A stretch of DNA of 64,000 nt, from contig JBHGBC010000013.1 in NCBI GenBank assembly GCA_041946805.1, positions 1 to 64,000 of the forward strand, written 5' to 3'. A model generated the notes under the pieces. The model ran no database searches. It was not told where the DNA came from and saw only the letters and a list, made by a program, of their open reading frames with translations. Made by a program: the position numbers and the translations under genes. Each line of letters opens with the position of its first letter. The first letter of the stretch is position 1. Shown piece by piece: positions 18,514 to 28,137 of the stretch. Origin of the DNA: a bacterium. Its GTDB lineage: Bacteria; Hinthialibacterota; Hinthialibacteria; Hinthialibacterales; Hinthialibacteraceae.

Positions 18514-20592
18514 TCAAAATCCCGGAGGTCCATCCAGGAAAAAATCGGGCGGCGGACCGGCGATTTGATTTATCCCCGTGGCGATTTCATCTTGGGTCAG
18601 TTCGCCGTTGTGGTCGGTGTCCCAGGATTCCCGCCAGGACTTCCCGAGGTTCAGAAAATCGGACCGGCTCAATTGACCGTTCTCATTGGCTTTCTCCATC
18701 AAGGGGCGCAGCAGGAGCATGCCGGGTGAAAATCCCCCGGGAGGGCCGAAATCGGGAAAGTCCTCCGGCATCCGGAAGATCTGACCCAGGCCGTTCGCTA
18801 ATTCTTCCTCGGTCAGGAATTGATCTTGGTTGGTATCCCAGGCGTTGGAGCATTCCGTGCAATTCTTCTCCCATTCCGCCGCGGTGATTTTGCCGTCTTG
18901 ATCGGCATCGGCGGCAGTGAACCATTGCGGGCCCAGGAACATCCCGGGTCCGAATCCACCGGGGCCGCCCGGACCGCGCATGGTCAGGGCAATTCCCGGA
19001 GATTGGCCATCCAGTTGTTGCTGGAGCGATTCCACCCGGCCTTTGATCCACGATTCAAGGGAAAACGCGAAGCTCATCATCGGAGGGCCCATCGGTCCCC
19101 GGCCGCGGCCTTCCCGCCGGTTTTCCCGGGGGCCCGGTCCGAAAGGAAAAGAATTGGCGCCGGCTTCGATGGGATCGCTCGAAACGCATTTTAAGTAATC
19201 TTCATAATTTACAGTAGCATCCTCCTTCACCGCTCCCTGGATGGCGGCATGGATCGCGCTGATATTTTTCCGGATCCGCTCCGGCTGAAAATCCTCTTTC
19301 AGAAAATCACGAACGTATCCCAAGTATTGGTCTTTCCATTCGGGAACGGCGAGGACGCGTTCGATCAAGGGATGCGGGGCCGCGTTGGGGGGCAGGATGG
19401 CGGCTTGCATCTGCTCGGAGGGGGAGCTGAGGATCATGAACTTGCCGAGAGCCAGGTTCACATCCCAGGGAATCCAAAGGAATTTTTGCCGGGCCGGTTC
19501 GCCGTAAATGTAATAATTCTGCCCCATGGCGAGAATGCTGTCGTAATTGGCGATGGCCGCGTTGACGGCCAGAAAGCGGAGAAACTGGCCGACATCGGTA
19601 TATTCGGAGATCTTTTGGACGAATACGGAATCGGTGGCCTCGTTCACCGATTGGGCGAAATCCATGAAACGATTGGCGTCGGCCCATTCCACCGTGTCGT
19701 TTTTAGGTTCATAGGGGATCTCATAGTCCTTCCAGTCATGCCCAAGGTACGGCAATCCCCGCACCATGCGCGGTTTCAGCAGCAGGCCCTTCTTTTGGTT
19801 GAAATTGTGTTCCAGGAAGGTGTCATCGATTTGTTCCACCACGGTATACAGTCCCAAATATTCCCGCTCAAACTGGCCCGGGACGGTGAGATACACCTTG
19901 GCGAAGGCCGTGCGCGGGGCGGCGATCAGAAACTCGCGGAAGGTCTCGTACGAGAGTGCTTCCACCATTTGGGAGGGATCCATGGTGTTATTGTTGAGAT
20001 TCAGTTTTTTCAGGCCGAAGAATTTTTGTTTATTCACGAAACGGTTGAAATCGATCTTGAACGATTTTTTCAGGGAATCGCGCGAAAACATGAACGAGGC
20101 CTGGCCCTTGTAGCGGATGCCCACGTTCTTGATTACCTGCCCTTCCCATTCGAAATCGCCAGAAACATAGGGATAATCCATCCCTCCCATGGGTCCGCCA
20201 GGTCCCCCAGGTCCCCCAGGTCCCCCAGGTCCACCGGGTCCACCGGGTCCGTCCGGCCCACCCGGTCCATCCGGCCTTCCAGGATCTCCAGGCCCCCCTG
20301 AGTCCATTCCCCGGTCCGGATGGGTGGATTCGCCGGCATTTCCGGGCGCGGGTGGACGTCCGCCGCCGAAGGGAGGGCGTCCGAAGAATCCGCCGGGGCT
20401 GGCCGGTTCGATGGCTTGCCATTGTTCGGAAGAGATTTGGAGATGGATGGTCCAGAGTTTCGTCAAGCCAAAAAACTCATCGGCGGAAGGCGCGGCAGGG
20501 GAATCCGAACCGCAAGCCGGCCAGGGAAAGCAGGCCATCAATCCGGGCAGGAAATAAAGCAACCAAGATTCTCGGCGGGTTGCAGTCATCAT
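18514..20592 (-). CDS. CotH kinase family protein with GGP repeats and C-terminal EF-hands
   Basis: VGIRYKG, KKSFKIDF, LGLYTVVEQID and WIPWDVNLALG CotH motifs; DADQDGKITAAE-type EF loops; N-terminal signal peptide. Confidence 0.88.
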   Translation of the reverse strand: MMTATRRESWLLYFLPGLMACFPWPACGSDSPAAPSADEFFGLTKLWTIHLQISSEQWQAIEPASPGGFFGRPPFGGGRPPAPGNAGESTHPDRGMDSGGPGDPGRPDGPGGPDGPGGPGGPGGPGGPGGPGGPMGGMDYPYVSGDFEWEGQVIKNVGIRYKGQASFMFSRDSLKKSFKIDFNRFVNKQKFFGLKKLNLNNNTMDPSQMVEALSYETFREFLIAAPRTAFAKVYLTVPGQFEREYLGLYTVVEQIDDTFLEHNFNQKKGLLLKPRMVRGLPYLGHDWKDYEIPYEPKNDTVEWADANRFMDFAQSVNEATDSVFVQKISEYTDVGQFLRFLAVNAAIANYDSILAMGQNYYIYGEPARQKFLWIPWDVNLALGKFMILSSPSEQMQAAILPPNAAPHPLIERVLAVPEWKDQYLGYVRDFLKEDFQPERIRKNISAIHAAIQGAVKEDATVNYEDYLKCVSSDPIEAGANSFPFGPGPRENRREGRGRGPMGPPMMSFAFSLESWIKGRVESLQQQLDGQSPGIALTMRGPGGPGGFGPGMFLGPQWFTAADADQDGKITAAEWEKNCTECSNAWDTNQDQFLTEEELANGLGQIFRMPEDFPDFGPPGGFSPGMLLLRPLMEKANENGQLSRSDFLNLGKSWRESWDTDHNGELTQDEIATGINQIAGPPPDFFLDGPPGF
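20191..20280. repeat. 9-bp coding tandem repeat (GGP)n within the CotH gene
   Basis: GGTCCCCCA/GGTCCACCG units. Confidence 0.85.
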
Positions 20593-20908
20593 GCAGTTTC
20601 CTCTCACACGTGTTTGTCTGGCACACGTTGGATTATGAATCAGAAAATATTGAATGTAGCGCAAGAAAAAGGGATTTCAGCATAAAAATGGATCAAATGA
20701 AGGATGGAAGGGAGTAACCGTGGATTATGAGGGATGAACGGTGCCGCCAGGGGTGATGATAGGACGATGCCCCTGGCTGCGCTAACGGCGCTTCCGCGGG
20801 GTGTTTTCTCCCGCGCTCGAATCCTCTCCCGCATGGAAAGAGGGAATCAGAAACGAAAGGTGGAGGGTGATGGATTACGCGCGGTGCCTAAAAAACGCAC
20901 TGGGCAAA

Positions 20909-22456
20909 TCAAACAACATTTTTCTTTACAATTGTGTTTCTCCTCCATTGAAACCAGGTCTGGAAAATCCTTTTAACACGCGGCGTCAGGCGGGAGCGGT
21001 TATAGGCGTCGGCGCATAGGCGGATGGCTTCCGCTTGCGTGGGGTAAGGATGGATCACGTGGCTGAGTTTTCTCAGGCCGATGCCCTGGTTCATGGCCAG
21101 CGTGATTTCGTTGAGCATCTCGCCCGCATGCCGGGCCACGATGACGGCCCCTAAAATGCGGTCACATCCCTTGGCGGTGAGGATTTTGACGAAGCCGGTT
21201 TCCTCGCCGTCCAGAATGGCGCGGTCGATGGAATCGAAAGAACGCTTGTAGATGTCTATTGCGATATGCCGTCCATGGGCTTCCACCTCGCCGAGGCCCA
21301 CGTGGGCGATTTCGGGATCGGTATAGGTGCACCAGGGGATGACAAGTGAATCCATCTTGGTCCGGCCCGGGAAAAAAGCGTTGCGGATGACGATCCGGGC
21401 CGCCGCATCGGCCGCGTGAGTAAATTGGAAGGACATACACACGTCCCCGGCGGCAAAGATATCCGGATTGGTTGTCCGCAGGGTGCTGTCGACATGAATC
21501 CCGGCGTGTTCGTCATACTCGACACCCGCCGCCTCGAGGTTCAGATCGAGCACGTTGGGGGCGCGTCCCGCGGCGGCGAGAATCGCATCCACGGCGAATC
21601 CGGTTTCTTGCCCTTCGTGGAGAACCTGAACCTGCTTTACGCCCAGCCCTTCTGACACGCATTGGACCGTGGCATTCAAACGGAGCTCGATACCCTCTTC
21701 TCGAAAGACTCCTTGCAGCAGGTTCGCGGAATCGTCGTCCTCGCGGGGGAGGATACGCGGACCCTTTTCGACCAGGATGACTGCCGATCCCAACCGCCGG
21801 AACGCCTGCGCCAGTTCGCAGCCGATAGGGCCGCCTCCGATCACCAGCAACCGGCGGGGGAGTTCAGTCATCTGAAAAACCGTTTTATTCGTCAGGCAGC
21901 CCGCACCGGCCAATCCGGGGATGGGAGGAAGGACCGGTTTCGCGCCGGTGGCAATGACGGCTTTGCGAAACCGCAGAGTCCGGCCATCCACTGCGGCCGA
22001 ATGAAATCCGGTGAACTGGGCATGGCCGAAAAACACGTCGACGCCCAGGTCACGGAAGCGGGCGGCGGAATCGTGAGCGGCGATCCGGGCGCGGAGGCGG
22101 CGCATTCGTTCCATCACCCGCGCGAAATCGGCTTCGAGTGGTTGCGGCGCCTTGAAACCGAGCGGCTCCGCCTCGAGCCACAGGGTTGACATACGGGAGG
22201 AGCGAAGAATGGCCTTGGAGGGGACACAGCCCCAGTTGAGGCAATCACCGCCCATGAGATCATGCTCCACCAGCGCTACCTTGGCCCCCAGTCCCGCCGC
22301 GCCCGCCGCCGTCACCAGGCCGGCGGTTCCCGCGCCGATCACCACCAGGTTATAAAGGGGGGCTGGTTCCGGATTGCGCCAATCGGCGGGGTGGACCTGG
22401 GCCCCGAGGCTTCGGTTGTGTTCGTCGTCTGGAAGAATAATAGGAGGCAGGTTCAT
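20909..22456 (-). CDS. Mercuric-reductase-like FAD-dependent pyridine nucleotide-disulfide oxidoreductase
   Basis: GAGTAG, GGDCLNWGCVPSK, GGGPIG and HPYPT motifs; no C-terminal CC pair of true MerA. Confidence 0.88.
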   Translation of the reverse strand: MNLPPIILPDDEHNRSLGAQVHPADWRNPEPAPLYNLVVIGAGTAGLVTAAGAAGLGAKVALVEHDLMGGDCLNWGCVPSKAILRSSRMSTLWLEAEPLGFKAPQPLEADFARVMERMRRLRARIAAHDSAARFRDLGVDVFFGHAQFTGFHSAAVDGRTLRFRKAVIATGAKPVLPPIPGLAGAGCLTNKTVFQMTELPRRLLVIGGGPIGCELAQAFRRLGSAVILVEKGPRILPREDDDSANLLQGVFREEGIELRLNATVQCVSEGLGVKQVQVLHEGQETGFAVDAILAAAGRAPNVLDLNLEAAGVEYDEHAGIHVDSTLRTTNPDIFAAGDVCMSFQFTHAADAAARIVIRNAFFPGRTKMDSLVIPWCTYTDPEIAHVGLGEVEAHGRHIAIDIYKRSFDSIDRAILDGEETGFVKILTAKGCDRILGAVIVARHAGEMLNEITLAMNQGIGLRKLSHVIHPYPTQAEAIRLCADAYNRSRLTPRVKRIFQTWFQWRRNTIVKKNVV

Positions 22457-22515
22457 GGGAGATACCTTTGAGAAGGCATAGTATCTGTGAGGACGATGCC
22501 TGATCTAAAAAAATT

Positions 22516-22548
22516 CCCTCACCCTGGCCCTCTCCCAGAGGGAGAGGG
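22516..22548. repeat. REP-like family A copy
   Basis: Identical to 50002-50034. Confidence 0.9.
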
Positions 22549-22630
22549 CATTTGAAGTGATCCGTGCAATCGATGTTATTGCCTACGCATCAAGTATGCC
22601 CGGAAAGAGTACGCGAAGAGTGGATCATCC

Positions 22631-23347
22631 TTACTTTTCCACCTCAGCCAGACGGTGTTTGGCGAAGCGGATGATGACGCCCAGCACGACGATGAATCCC
22701 GCCAGGATGATCAGCCGGGGCCAGGGAATCCGGCCTTCGGTCACGCCCTGGCCGGCCGCGTCCGCGCTTACGACATAGACGACGGTCCCGGGCAGCATGC
22801 AGATCCACGAAACGAGTACGTAAGTCCAAAAGGGAACGCGGGTGAGGCCGAAACCGTAATTGAGCAGATTGAAGGGAAAGAGGGGCACGAGCCGGGTCAG
22901 CGCCACAATGAGGGCCCCCTGGCGCTCGGTCAGGCGGTCCAACTGCAGGAACCGCCGGTTGCGTGAGAGCCATTGGACCGTGGCGTCCCGGGCGAAATAG
23001 CGGGCGATGAGAAAGCACAACGCCGCTCCCAGTGTGGAGGCCAAGCTGACCAGGGCCACGCCGAGGGTGGAGCCGAACACAGCTCCGGCCACGAGGCTCA
23101 AGGGCGTGCCGGGGATGGCGGCGGTGGTGGCCAGCACATAAATCAGGACGAACACGATCGCGCCCCATGGTCCCAGGTTGGAGATGGACGTTTGCAGTCC
23201 AGTCAGCCACTGCCCGATTCCCAGCGCGTTGGCCAGGAAGATCATCAGGATGACCAGGGACAATAGCGACACGGGCTTCCACAAACCTTGAAGACGGGAA
23301 TCCGAGGAACGATTGTTGTACTCTGAATGGTTGGGAGACCAATTCAT
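22631..23347 (-). CDS. TVP38/TMEM64 (DedA/SNARE-associated) membrane protein
   Basis: IPGTPLSLVAGAVFG and RLVPLFPFNLLNYGFGLT motifs. Confidence 0.9.
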   Translation of the reverse strand: MNWSPNHSEYNNRSSDSRLQGLWKPVSLLSLVILMIFLANALGIGQWLTGLQTSISNLGPWGAIVFVLIYVLATTAAIPGTPLSLVAGAVFGSTLGVALVSLASTLGAALCFLIARYFARDATVQWLSRNRRFLQLDRLTERQGALIVALTRLVPLFPFNLLNYGFGLTRVPFWTYVLVSWICMLPGTVVYVVSADAAGQGVTEGRIPWPRLIILAGFIVVLGVIIRFAKHRLAEVEK

Positions 23348-23536
23348 CGGTTAAGGCTCATCCGGTAAGTACGTACATTTTTTCTACTGGTATGACCGGT
23401 TTTCAAGAGGAACAGATCCAAGAGAACCGCCTCCACTTCCCTCTCTCTGGGATGATCTTTACCCGCGAGCAAAAGCATCATTGGGTGGACTCAAAGGGTA
23501 GTGCAGCCGAATCACGATAACTGACTTTCTACGACT

Positions 23537-23569
23537 CCCTCTCCCTTTGGGAGAGGGCCGGGGTGAGGG
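23537..23569. repeat. REP-like family A copy
   Basis: CCCTCTCCCTTTGGGAGAGGGCCGGGGTGAGGG, two mismatches to 3-35. Confidence 0.85.
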
Positions 23570-23624
23570 AAACGGCCTTGTTGAAATGATAACTCTCCGG
23601 TTGGGGAAAAACCTGGGTTCAAGG

Positions 23625-23712
23625 GGGAGGGCGAGACTTCCGCCGTGCCGCATGTGTGCATGTTTTGATTCGCTCCTTGTTTCCCACGGCTCACCTGGAG
23701 GTTCGCCCTCCC
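23625..23712. repeat. Inverted-repeat REP-like element
   Basis: GGGAGGGCGAGACTTC ... GGAGGTTCGCCCTCCC arms. Confidence 0.55.
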
Positions 23713-23931
23713 GGATCAGAACTTGTAGGGAAAGATCAGCCCTTCAGGAGATGACCCGGTTGAGAGAACGCCAGTTCGCCGGGATTTTTCTCCGCAGGCC
23801 GCGTAACACCTTTAGCCAATCAGATAACTGAGTTCTCTCCCGTGGACGGCATTCAATTAGCCCAGGATCTCAATCCTGTTTATTCTACTCGGGGCATAAA
23901 GCCGCATGTGCCGGCTTTTCCCGGATGATAT

Positions 23932-24780
23932 TCACTGTTCATTGAGCGACCAGTCATAATCGAGATATTGGATCCGATAAGTGTTGTCTTGGAGGAGCTG
24001 CCGGGTGTCGCCGTCCACATACCGCGAGAGGAAATTCAGCACGGCGCTCTCGGTGCGGGAACGGCCGGGGAATTTTGCGGGATCGGCGAATTTCGGCTCG
24101 AAATCGCTGCCGTACCAATCGAGAATTTTGGAAAGGTGAATGGTTTTTTTCTTCCGATCCACATGGAGCTGGGAAGGATTGCGGACGAATTTCGTGACCT
24201 GATCATCCAGTTGGTTCTCCAGCCGGTCTCCCGTGTAGGGTTCGTCGCGCAACACGGGGCAGCCCTTGGCCGCGCAGACCAGGGCCATGTGAACGCGGGG
24301 TTCATCAAAGCCCTTGCGGATCACGTCATGTTCGATCTGGTCCAAGGTCATCAGCCGGCCCAGGACCTTGAACTTGAGTTGGTTCCATACCCCAGGGATT
24401 TGGCGGATGCTGTTTTTGGGAAACCGGAGAGAACGGAGCAGGGAAGGCTGGATGGGGTAATGGTCGATGATGGCTTTCAACGTCAGGGCGTTGTAGGCGT
24501 TGATCCAGAAGGCCAGTTGATCCGCCGGTTTCCAGGATTCATAACGGGCGGGTTCCATGGAGGAGAGGGATTCGATAAACGAATCCAACGGATGCCGGTG
24601 GGCCTTGAGATTCGTGTAATAGACCAGCCCTTCCGCATTGACATGATTCGCCAGGATCTCCGCGTAGTCCGAGTAATCCAGCGTCGCGGCGGGGACCGCT
24701 TCCGGATGGGCGGCGGAGGGCATCTCCGCAATCAATAGAACAAACCCAATCAAATATCGAATGGCATTGAATCTCGGCAA
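23932..24780 (-). CDS. DUF547 domain-containing secreted protein
   Basis: LAFWINAYNA, IEH, EPRVHMALVCAAKGCP and YDWSLN motifs; signal peptide. Confidence 0.9.
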   Translation of the reverse strand: MPRFNAIRYLIGFVLLIAEMPSAAHPEAVPAATLDYSDYAEILANHVNAEGLVYYTNLKAHRHPLDSFIESLSSMEPARYESWKPADQLAFWINAYNALTLKAIIDHYPIQPSLLRSLRFPKNSIRQIPGVWNQLKFKVLGRLMTLDQIEHDVIRKGFDEPRVHMALVCAAKGCPVLRDEPYTGDRLENQLDDQVTKFVRNPSQLHVDRKKKTIHLSKILDWYGSDFEPKFADPAKFPGRSRTESAVLNFLSRYVDGDTRQLLQDNTYRIQYLDYDWSLNEQ

Positions 24781-25024
24781 GACGATTCACCCGTAACGTC
24801 GAGTCATCCGGTAAATAGGAGCCAAGGTTATTGTATCCGCTTTTATTCAGCGGGTGAACGCATCGGTTCGTTCTCCCATCCCTTGCCCCGGCCCTCTTCC
24901 AAAGGATCAGGGGGGAGATGAGAGAGGTGGCGGGGTTTGATGGATTTCACGCGCAGGGCCAATCCATCCTGCATTTGCTGGAAGCCTGCCCTGCGCCTCT
25001 GTATTGCATACCGGGCGCGGCTGA

Positions 25025-25987
25025 TCAGACGGAGGCCGCCAACGCTCCCGAGCAGGATGAGCCGCAGCCCGCCGTGCAGCCGAAGCAGTGTTCGCCCGTG
25101 ATGATCCGGCGATGAGCGAGTTTTTCAGCATCGAAATCCCGGATATGGCTGGGCGCGCCGTAACCCACAGGTTTACGCAATGCCAGGTTGAAATCACAAT
25201 CGTAAATCACCCCGTCCCAATTGATGTTGATCTGGCGGCGGCACATCAAGCCGTCCATGGTGGCGGGATTGAACGAATCCCGCAGGAGGCGCATGTACTC
25301 AGCCTCCCGGTTCTGGTGGCGCAGGTCGGCGCGAAAGCGTCCGATGGGCATGTTGGTGATGGTCAAGAGATGCGTAAACACGATGCCGAAGCGCTGGTGG
25401 AGTTCGCGGCGGTAGGCTTCCTGTAAGGTTTCCTGGTTGGGGGGGAGAATCGGACCGATGGGATTGTAGACCAGGTTGAGCGGCAGGTTCGGGTCCGCGC
25501 CGTACCCGATCGCGTTGAGACGCCGGAGAGCCGCGATGCTTTTCGCGTACACACCCGGCCCCCGCTGCCGGTCCACGTTTTCGGCCAGGTAACAGGGCAG
25601 GGAAGCGACGAGATGGACTTGGTGGCGCTGGCAGAACTCCGGCAGGTCCCGCATTTCCGGTTCCAACAGGACGGTCAGGTTGGTGCGGACCTGGACGAAG
25701 AAGCCGTTGGACCGGAGAGTTTCCACGAACGCCCGGAAGTGGGGATTGAGTTCGGGCGCGCCGCCGGTGATATCCACCAGGCGGCAGTGGACCTGGTTCG
25801 CCGCATTGACGATCAGGGTCATCGTCTCCCAGTCCATACTTTCCTTGCGGCGGGGCGAGGAAGCCACGTGGCAATGGACGCATTCCTGGTTGCAGACGAG
25901 GCCCACGTTGACCTGGATGGTGTCGATTCCGGCCCCGCGCAATTCCTGGCCCGCCGATTGGTAAATCCGTCGATCAAACGCATTCAT
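25025..25987 (-). CDS. arsS: ArsS-like radical SAM / Cys-rich domain protein (DUF3641 C-terminus)
   Basis: CNQECVHC; DITGGAPE; YDCDFN; HCFGCTAGCGSSC. Confidence 0.82.
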   Translation of the reverse strand: MNAFDRRIYQSAGQELRGAGIDTIQVNVGLVCNQECVHCHVASSPRRKESMDWETMTLIVNAANQVHCRLVDITGGAPELNPHFRAFVETLRSNGFFVQVRTNLTVLLEPEMRDLPEFCQRHQVHLVASLPCYLAENVDRQRGPGVYAKSIAALRRLNAIGYGADPNLPLNLVYNPIGPILPPNQETLQEAYRRELHQRFGIVFTHLLTITNMPIGRFRADLRHQNREAEYMRLLRDSFNPATMDGLMCRRQININWDGVIYDCDFNLALRKPVGYGAPSHIRDFDAEKLAHRRIITGEHCFGCTAGCGSSCSGALAASV

Positions 25988-26463
25988 GCGGGGATCTTCC
26001 CTATATCCCGAATGGTCTTCAAGAATGGGTAGAATTGTAGAGCAATGCCGGGGAAAGGGAACGGAAAGGGGGATTTCATGAATTCACCGCCTAGACGCGG
26101 AGGGCGTGGAGATTGATACCAATAATGAAGGTCCTGAGCCACACAAGTGACGCCCCGGGCCGATGAAGTCAGGGACCGAATAAAAGCACAGGCGCATAGC
26201 TACGTGCCCCTGCTTCCCGGCGAAGAGCCTATTTTATGGATCATCCGGGAATATGGATTTGTTGGATGAAAACACAATCCAGAGAGCCATGGCGTGATGA
26301 AAAGGCTTTCCCTGGCCCTCTCCCAAGGGGAGAGGGTTGAGTTGATTTCTCCGGTTACCGCGATTGCTGATCGGCCGCTTTTTGCCGGGAAAAGGACACA
26401 TGGACCGGATGAATCTATTTTAGGTTATCCCAACGTATCCACACCCTGTGGAATGAATTTAAC

Positions 26464-27855
26464 TCACGCGGCTTTGAGGGCGGCGATCAGTTCCAGAATC
26501 GCCTTTTTGCCGTCGCCGAACATCATCAGGGTGTTGTCGGCGGCGAAGAGGGGATTGGGGATGCCCGCGAAACCCGGGCTGAGGCTGCGTTTCACGACGA
26601 TCACCGTGCGGGCGTGATCCACGTTCAGAATGGGCATGCCGGCGATGGGGCTGTGGGGATCGGTGCGGGCCAGGGGATTGACCACGTCGTTGGCGCCGAT
26701 GACCAAGGCCACGTCGGTCTGCTCGAAACTGGAATTGATTTCGTCCATCTCCTTGAGTTTGTCATAGGGGATATTGGCCTCGGCCAGGAGCACGTTCATG
26801 TGGCCCGGCATGCGTCCCGCCACGGGATGGATGGCGAATTCCACTTCGCAGCCGCGCGATTCCAGCAGGTGGGCGAGGTCGCGCACGGCGTGCTGGGCCT
26901 GCGCCACGGCCAGTCCGTAGCCGGGGACGATGACCGCCCGGCGGGCCGTGTCGAAGATCATGGCCACTTCTTCCGGCGACGCGGCTTTGACCTTGCCGGC
27001 GTACACCTCATCCGCCGTGGCCGTGTCGCTGGCGGGTCCCAGGACGCCGAAAAGCACATGCGCCAGCGAACGGTTCATGGCCTTGCACATGATCTGGCTG
27101 AGGATGATGCCCGACGCGCCCACGAGCGAACCCGCGATGATCAGCACGTTGTTGTAGAGCACGAATCCGGTGGCCGCGGCGGCCAGGCCGGAATAGGAGT
27201 TCAAGAGGGAAATCACCACGGGCATGTCCGCCCCCCCGACGGGGAGGACGACCAAAACCCCCAAGACCGAGGCGACCAGCACCAGGATCCAGTAAATCGA
27301 AGCCGTGCCGGGATTCAGGACGATCAGGGCCCCCAGCGCCACCGATACGATGCCCAAGAGCGCGTTGAGGGCCTGCTGGCCGTTGAACAAGACGGGCTTC
27401 CCGGCCATGAGTTCTTCCAGCTTGGCGTAAGCGACCAGGCTGCCCCAGAAGGTCACGGCCCCGATGATGCCCGACGCGGCGGTGGCGATCGCGACATCCG
27501 TGGTGAGCACGACGTTTTCCTGGATGGCCTTGTGCAGTTCGGCTCCGGCCACGATCAAGGACGCGCCGCCGCCGAAGCCGTTGAGGAGGGCGACCATCTG
27601 GGGCATGGCGGTCATGCGGATCGCGTAGGCCATCCAGGCCCCGATCACGCTGCCCGCCAGGAGGCCGGCGATGATGACCCCGTAGCCCACGATATGCTGG
27701 TCCAGCAAGGTCACGACGATGGCCAGCAACATCCCCAGGGCCCCGATCAGATTGCCGCGCACGGCGGTGCGGGGATGGGAAAGGCCCATCAGGCCGAAGA
27801 TGAACAGTACGGACGCCAGGAGATAAACCAGGTTAATCAGCGCGGGATTCTGCAT
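26464..27855 (-). CDS. pntB: NAD(P) transhydrogenase subunit beta
   Basis: MPQMVALLNGFGG, HPVAGRMPGHMNVLLAEA and GANDVVNP motifs. Confidence 0.95.
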   Translation of the reverse strand: MQNPALINLVYLLASVLFIFGLMGLSHPRTAVRGNLIGALGMLLAIVVTLLDQHIVGYGVIIAGLLAGSVIGAWMAYAIRMTAMPQMVALLNGFGGGASLIVAGAELHKAIQENVVLTTDVAIATAASGIIGAVTFWGSLVAYAKLEELMAGKPVLFNGQQALNALLGIVSVALGALIVLNPGTASIYWILVLVASVLGVLVVLPVGGADMPVVISLLNSYSGLAAAATGFVLYNNVLIIAGSLVGASGIILSQIMCKAMNRSLAHVLFGVLGPASDTATADEVYAGKVKAASPEEVAMIFDTARRAVIVPGYGLAVAQAQHAVRDLAHLLESRGCEVEFAIHPVAGRMPGHMNVLLAEANIPYDKLKEMDEINSSFEQTDVALVIGANDVVNPLARTDPHSPIAGMPILNVDHARTVIVVKRSLSPGFAGIPNPLFAADNTLMMFGDGKKAILELIAALKAA

Positions 27856-27858
27856 GGT

Positions 27859-28137
27859 TTAGTCTTTCTTCTTGAACATTTGCAGCATGCGGTGGGTAAC
27901 CAGAAAGCCCCCGACCACGTTGATCATGGCGAACACCACGGCAAAAAATCCCAATAGGCTGGCCAAAGTCTCGCTCGATCCCGCGGCCAACAGCGCGCCG
28001 ATCACGGTAATGCCCGAGATGGCGTTGGCCCCGGACATCAGGGGGGTGTGCAGGATGGGCGGGACCTTGGTGATGACCTCGAATCCCACAAAAATGGCCA
28101 GTACGAAAATGGTGACGGCGCCGATCAACGCGTCCAT
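27859..28137 (-). CDS. pntAB: NAD(P) transhydrogenase alpha subunit, membrane part
   Basis: LHTPLMSGANAISG and NVVGGFLVTHRML motifs. Confidence 0.95.
   Translation of the reverse strand: MDALIGAVTIFVLAIFVGFEVITKVPPILHTPLMSGANAISGITVIGALLAAGSSETLASLLGFFAVVFAMINVVGGFLVTHRMLQMFKKKD

Noticed and set aside
25025..25090. Selenocysteine recoding in the ArsS-like C-terminus
   Set aside because: All C-terminal positions are Cys codons, and the TGA follows the complete motif
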